DNA from: Lophium mytilinum
Taxonomy: Eukaryota
Direction of reading: 5' to 3'
Assembly: GCA_010093605.1 (NCBI GenBank)
Contig: MU004184.1
Coordinates: 2,304,801-2,368,800, forward strand
Length of the DNA stretch: 64,000 bases
Position numbers and translations under genes: made by a program. The notes under the pieces were generated by a model. The model was not told where the DNA came from. It worked only from the letters and a program-made list of their open reading frames with translations, and searched no databases. Below, piece by piece: positions 62,300 through 64,000 of the stretch. Position 1 is the stretch's first letter, and each line of letters begins with the position of its first letter.

Positions 62300-64000
62300 A
62301 AGATGTACTTCTACAATTAATAGTAAGGAGTTATAACAGACGAAAACTATGAGTGCACGTACTACCGGAAACAACTTCTAGCAATAGTGATCCAAGGCCA
62401 GCTAAACTTGTACTACATAAGAGGCGTCGTCAACTTTACCTCCCGATCGAACCATCCGATCTCAGACTAGCGCTTCGGCTCGTTCCCGCTTCGCTTCGGA
62501 TCAGAAAGTGGGGCGTAAGACCTGAGACCACGTGCAACACGTCACGTTTGCTTAAAATAAATAAGACTAAGACGACGAACTCCGGTTTCCAATTTCTGTA
62601 ACGTAAAAGCTGGGAAGAAACGACACCTCATGTCGTATTTTCCCGCCGTTTTCAAACGGCCCGTGCCGGCTACCTGCTAGTATTTTCGGAAGGTATGAAG
62701 AAAATTGAAAGGGTTTCAAGAATCTACGCATGTACGGGTTTACATAGGCTGCCGTCGCAGTAAGCTGAAGAATAATCGGACAGTGAGCGTCCGACATCCG
62801 CCACTATTCTGAGCTGTCGGTGTTTAATTACTGTTCTCTTGGCTTTGGGCAAATGGGAACAATCTTGAAAGTATTGCAAGATTCTTCCGCGGTCTTGCAA
62901 AGGCTGATGTCGCGATGGCTATACTGCTCGAATTCATACATGCAGAGTCGGAGGTTCACGAAGTTCAAGTTGAAGACGTTTTCATCGCCCGATTGTCTCG
63001 ACTCCTGGTCGAAGACAGTTTGGGAAGAGTTAAAACAAAGCCATGAGGCCCTCCCTAGTGTTGGATCACCGAAGAGTAGTACTAGTCGACTAGAATCCCC
63101 CAGCTATTTACCTCCTTCCTTGGCATTAGGTAGTAGAAAACATGGACACTAACCACACATTGCCCTCTGAGGATGCGATTCGAAAGTCACAAGTGATTAT
63201 TTATACTCTCCGAGTGAGGTGCTCGCACAGGCGCACATCGTGGTTAGATCTAAAATCCTCCGACGCGACGAGAAGATCAAACCATTGGCGTGAAAGGTCA
63301 TGGGGGGTAAAAAGTTGAAAGAGTTGCAAGATTTTACGTGGACGTCTAAGTCGGAATGCTGAAAGGTGCTCATTCAAGGCTCCTTAACACACGCATTCGG
63401 CATACGAGGGTCACAAGTTCAAAGTTGGAGATTTGGCCATTTCAATGGTCATATTCGGATCACTTCTAACTAACTACTCGGAGGGAAGAATCAGGCTCGG
63501 CTAGAAGCAACAGTGAGAAGAAGCACAATGAATCTGCTGTTCATCAATGTAGAAGAAAGACTCTAAGAGTTCGATCGCCTTTCTTAATCGAAGAAACCAT
63601 GATGAATGTTGGTGAAAAACCCGGGGAACCCACTGAGGAGTAGCACCGATCTAAGACCGGGAACCAAGACGGATGATGCCAGAGGGGTGGGTCGTTGTAC
63701 ATCTTCGGCATTGCCATATCCTTCGTCCAAGTATGATTGAAAGGGAGGCTTGAAGTCGGCTTTTCGGCCGCAAGACCTGCGGCCGGGAAGACAGTTAACC
63801 GGCCAGCGACAGATACTGATCGAGCACGAGGTGGTGGTGCTGAGCCTGGTGCGGGTTGCGACGAGGCGGACGAAGGGATCTGCGATGGCCATACTAGCCA
63901 TCCGCACAGGAAATCTTGTGAAGTAGTTTAAGATTTGATGGCGAAGAATTTCAAACTCTTGCTTTAGGAGCTGGAACTCCAGCTCCTTTGGACTGCCATC
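62300..64000 (-). pseudogene. Possible highly decayed Helitron-like Rep/PIF1 helicase relic
   Basis: Broken minus-strand frames give, in the expected order, QILNYFTRF, SFNF..MTFHA, GD..RL, GRASWLCFNSSQTVFDQESRQSGDENVFNLNFVNLR and FPVVRAL. These resemble fungal PIF1-type helicase segments from memory; many stops and frameshifts. Confidence 0.35.

Overview
Intron-containing fungal genomic DNA, most consistent with a filamentous ascomycete (Pezizomycotina): GT-AG introns with CTAAC/CTGAC branch points. The left ~40 kb is gene-dense and holds recognisable conserved genes: NEDD8-specific protease DEN1/SENP8, PEX10, MAK11, EAF1/VID21, a FAT1-like acyl-CoA synthetase, a PEBP-like GPI protein, ERD1 and a cystathionine gamma-synthase. 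These are interleaved with F-box and F-box-like genes, including a four-member paralog family with an identical intron position. The right ~24 kb is gene-poor and looks lineage-specific. It holds two tandem RING-finger paralogs, three paralogs of an uncharacterised family with repeated CxxC...HxxxH zinc-binding modules (one fused to a chromodomain), a Liz1/FEN2-type MFS transporter, a hAT-type MITE, two tRNA-like repeats and a possible decayed Helitron/PIF1 relic. A ~220 bp Tc1/impala-type MITE occurs three times across the window. The most notable non-coding signals are a candidate ~390 nt Pol III structured RNA at 10.4-10.8 kb and a DEN1 intron that folds almost entirely into one long hairpin. 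All gene identities come from motif recognition by eye, not database searches.
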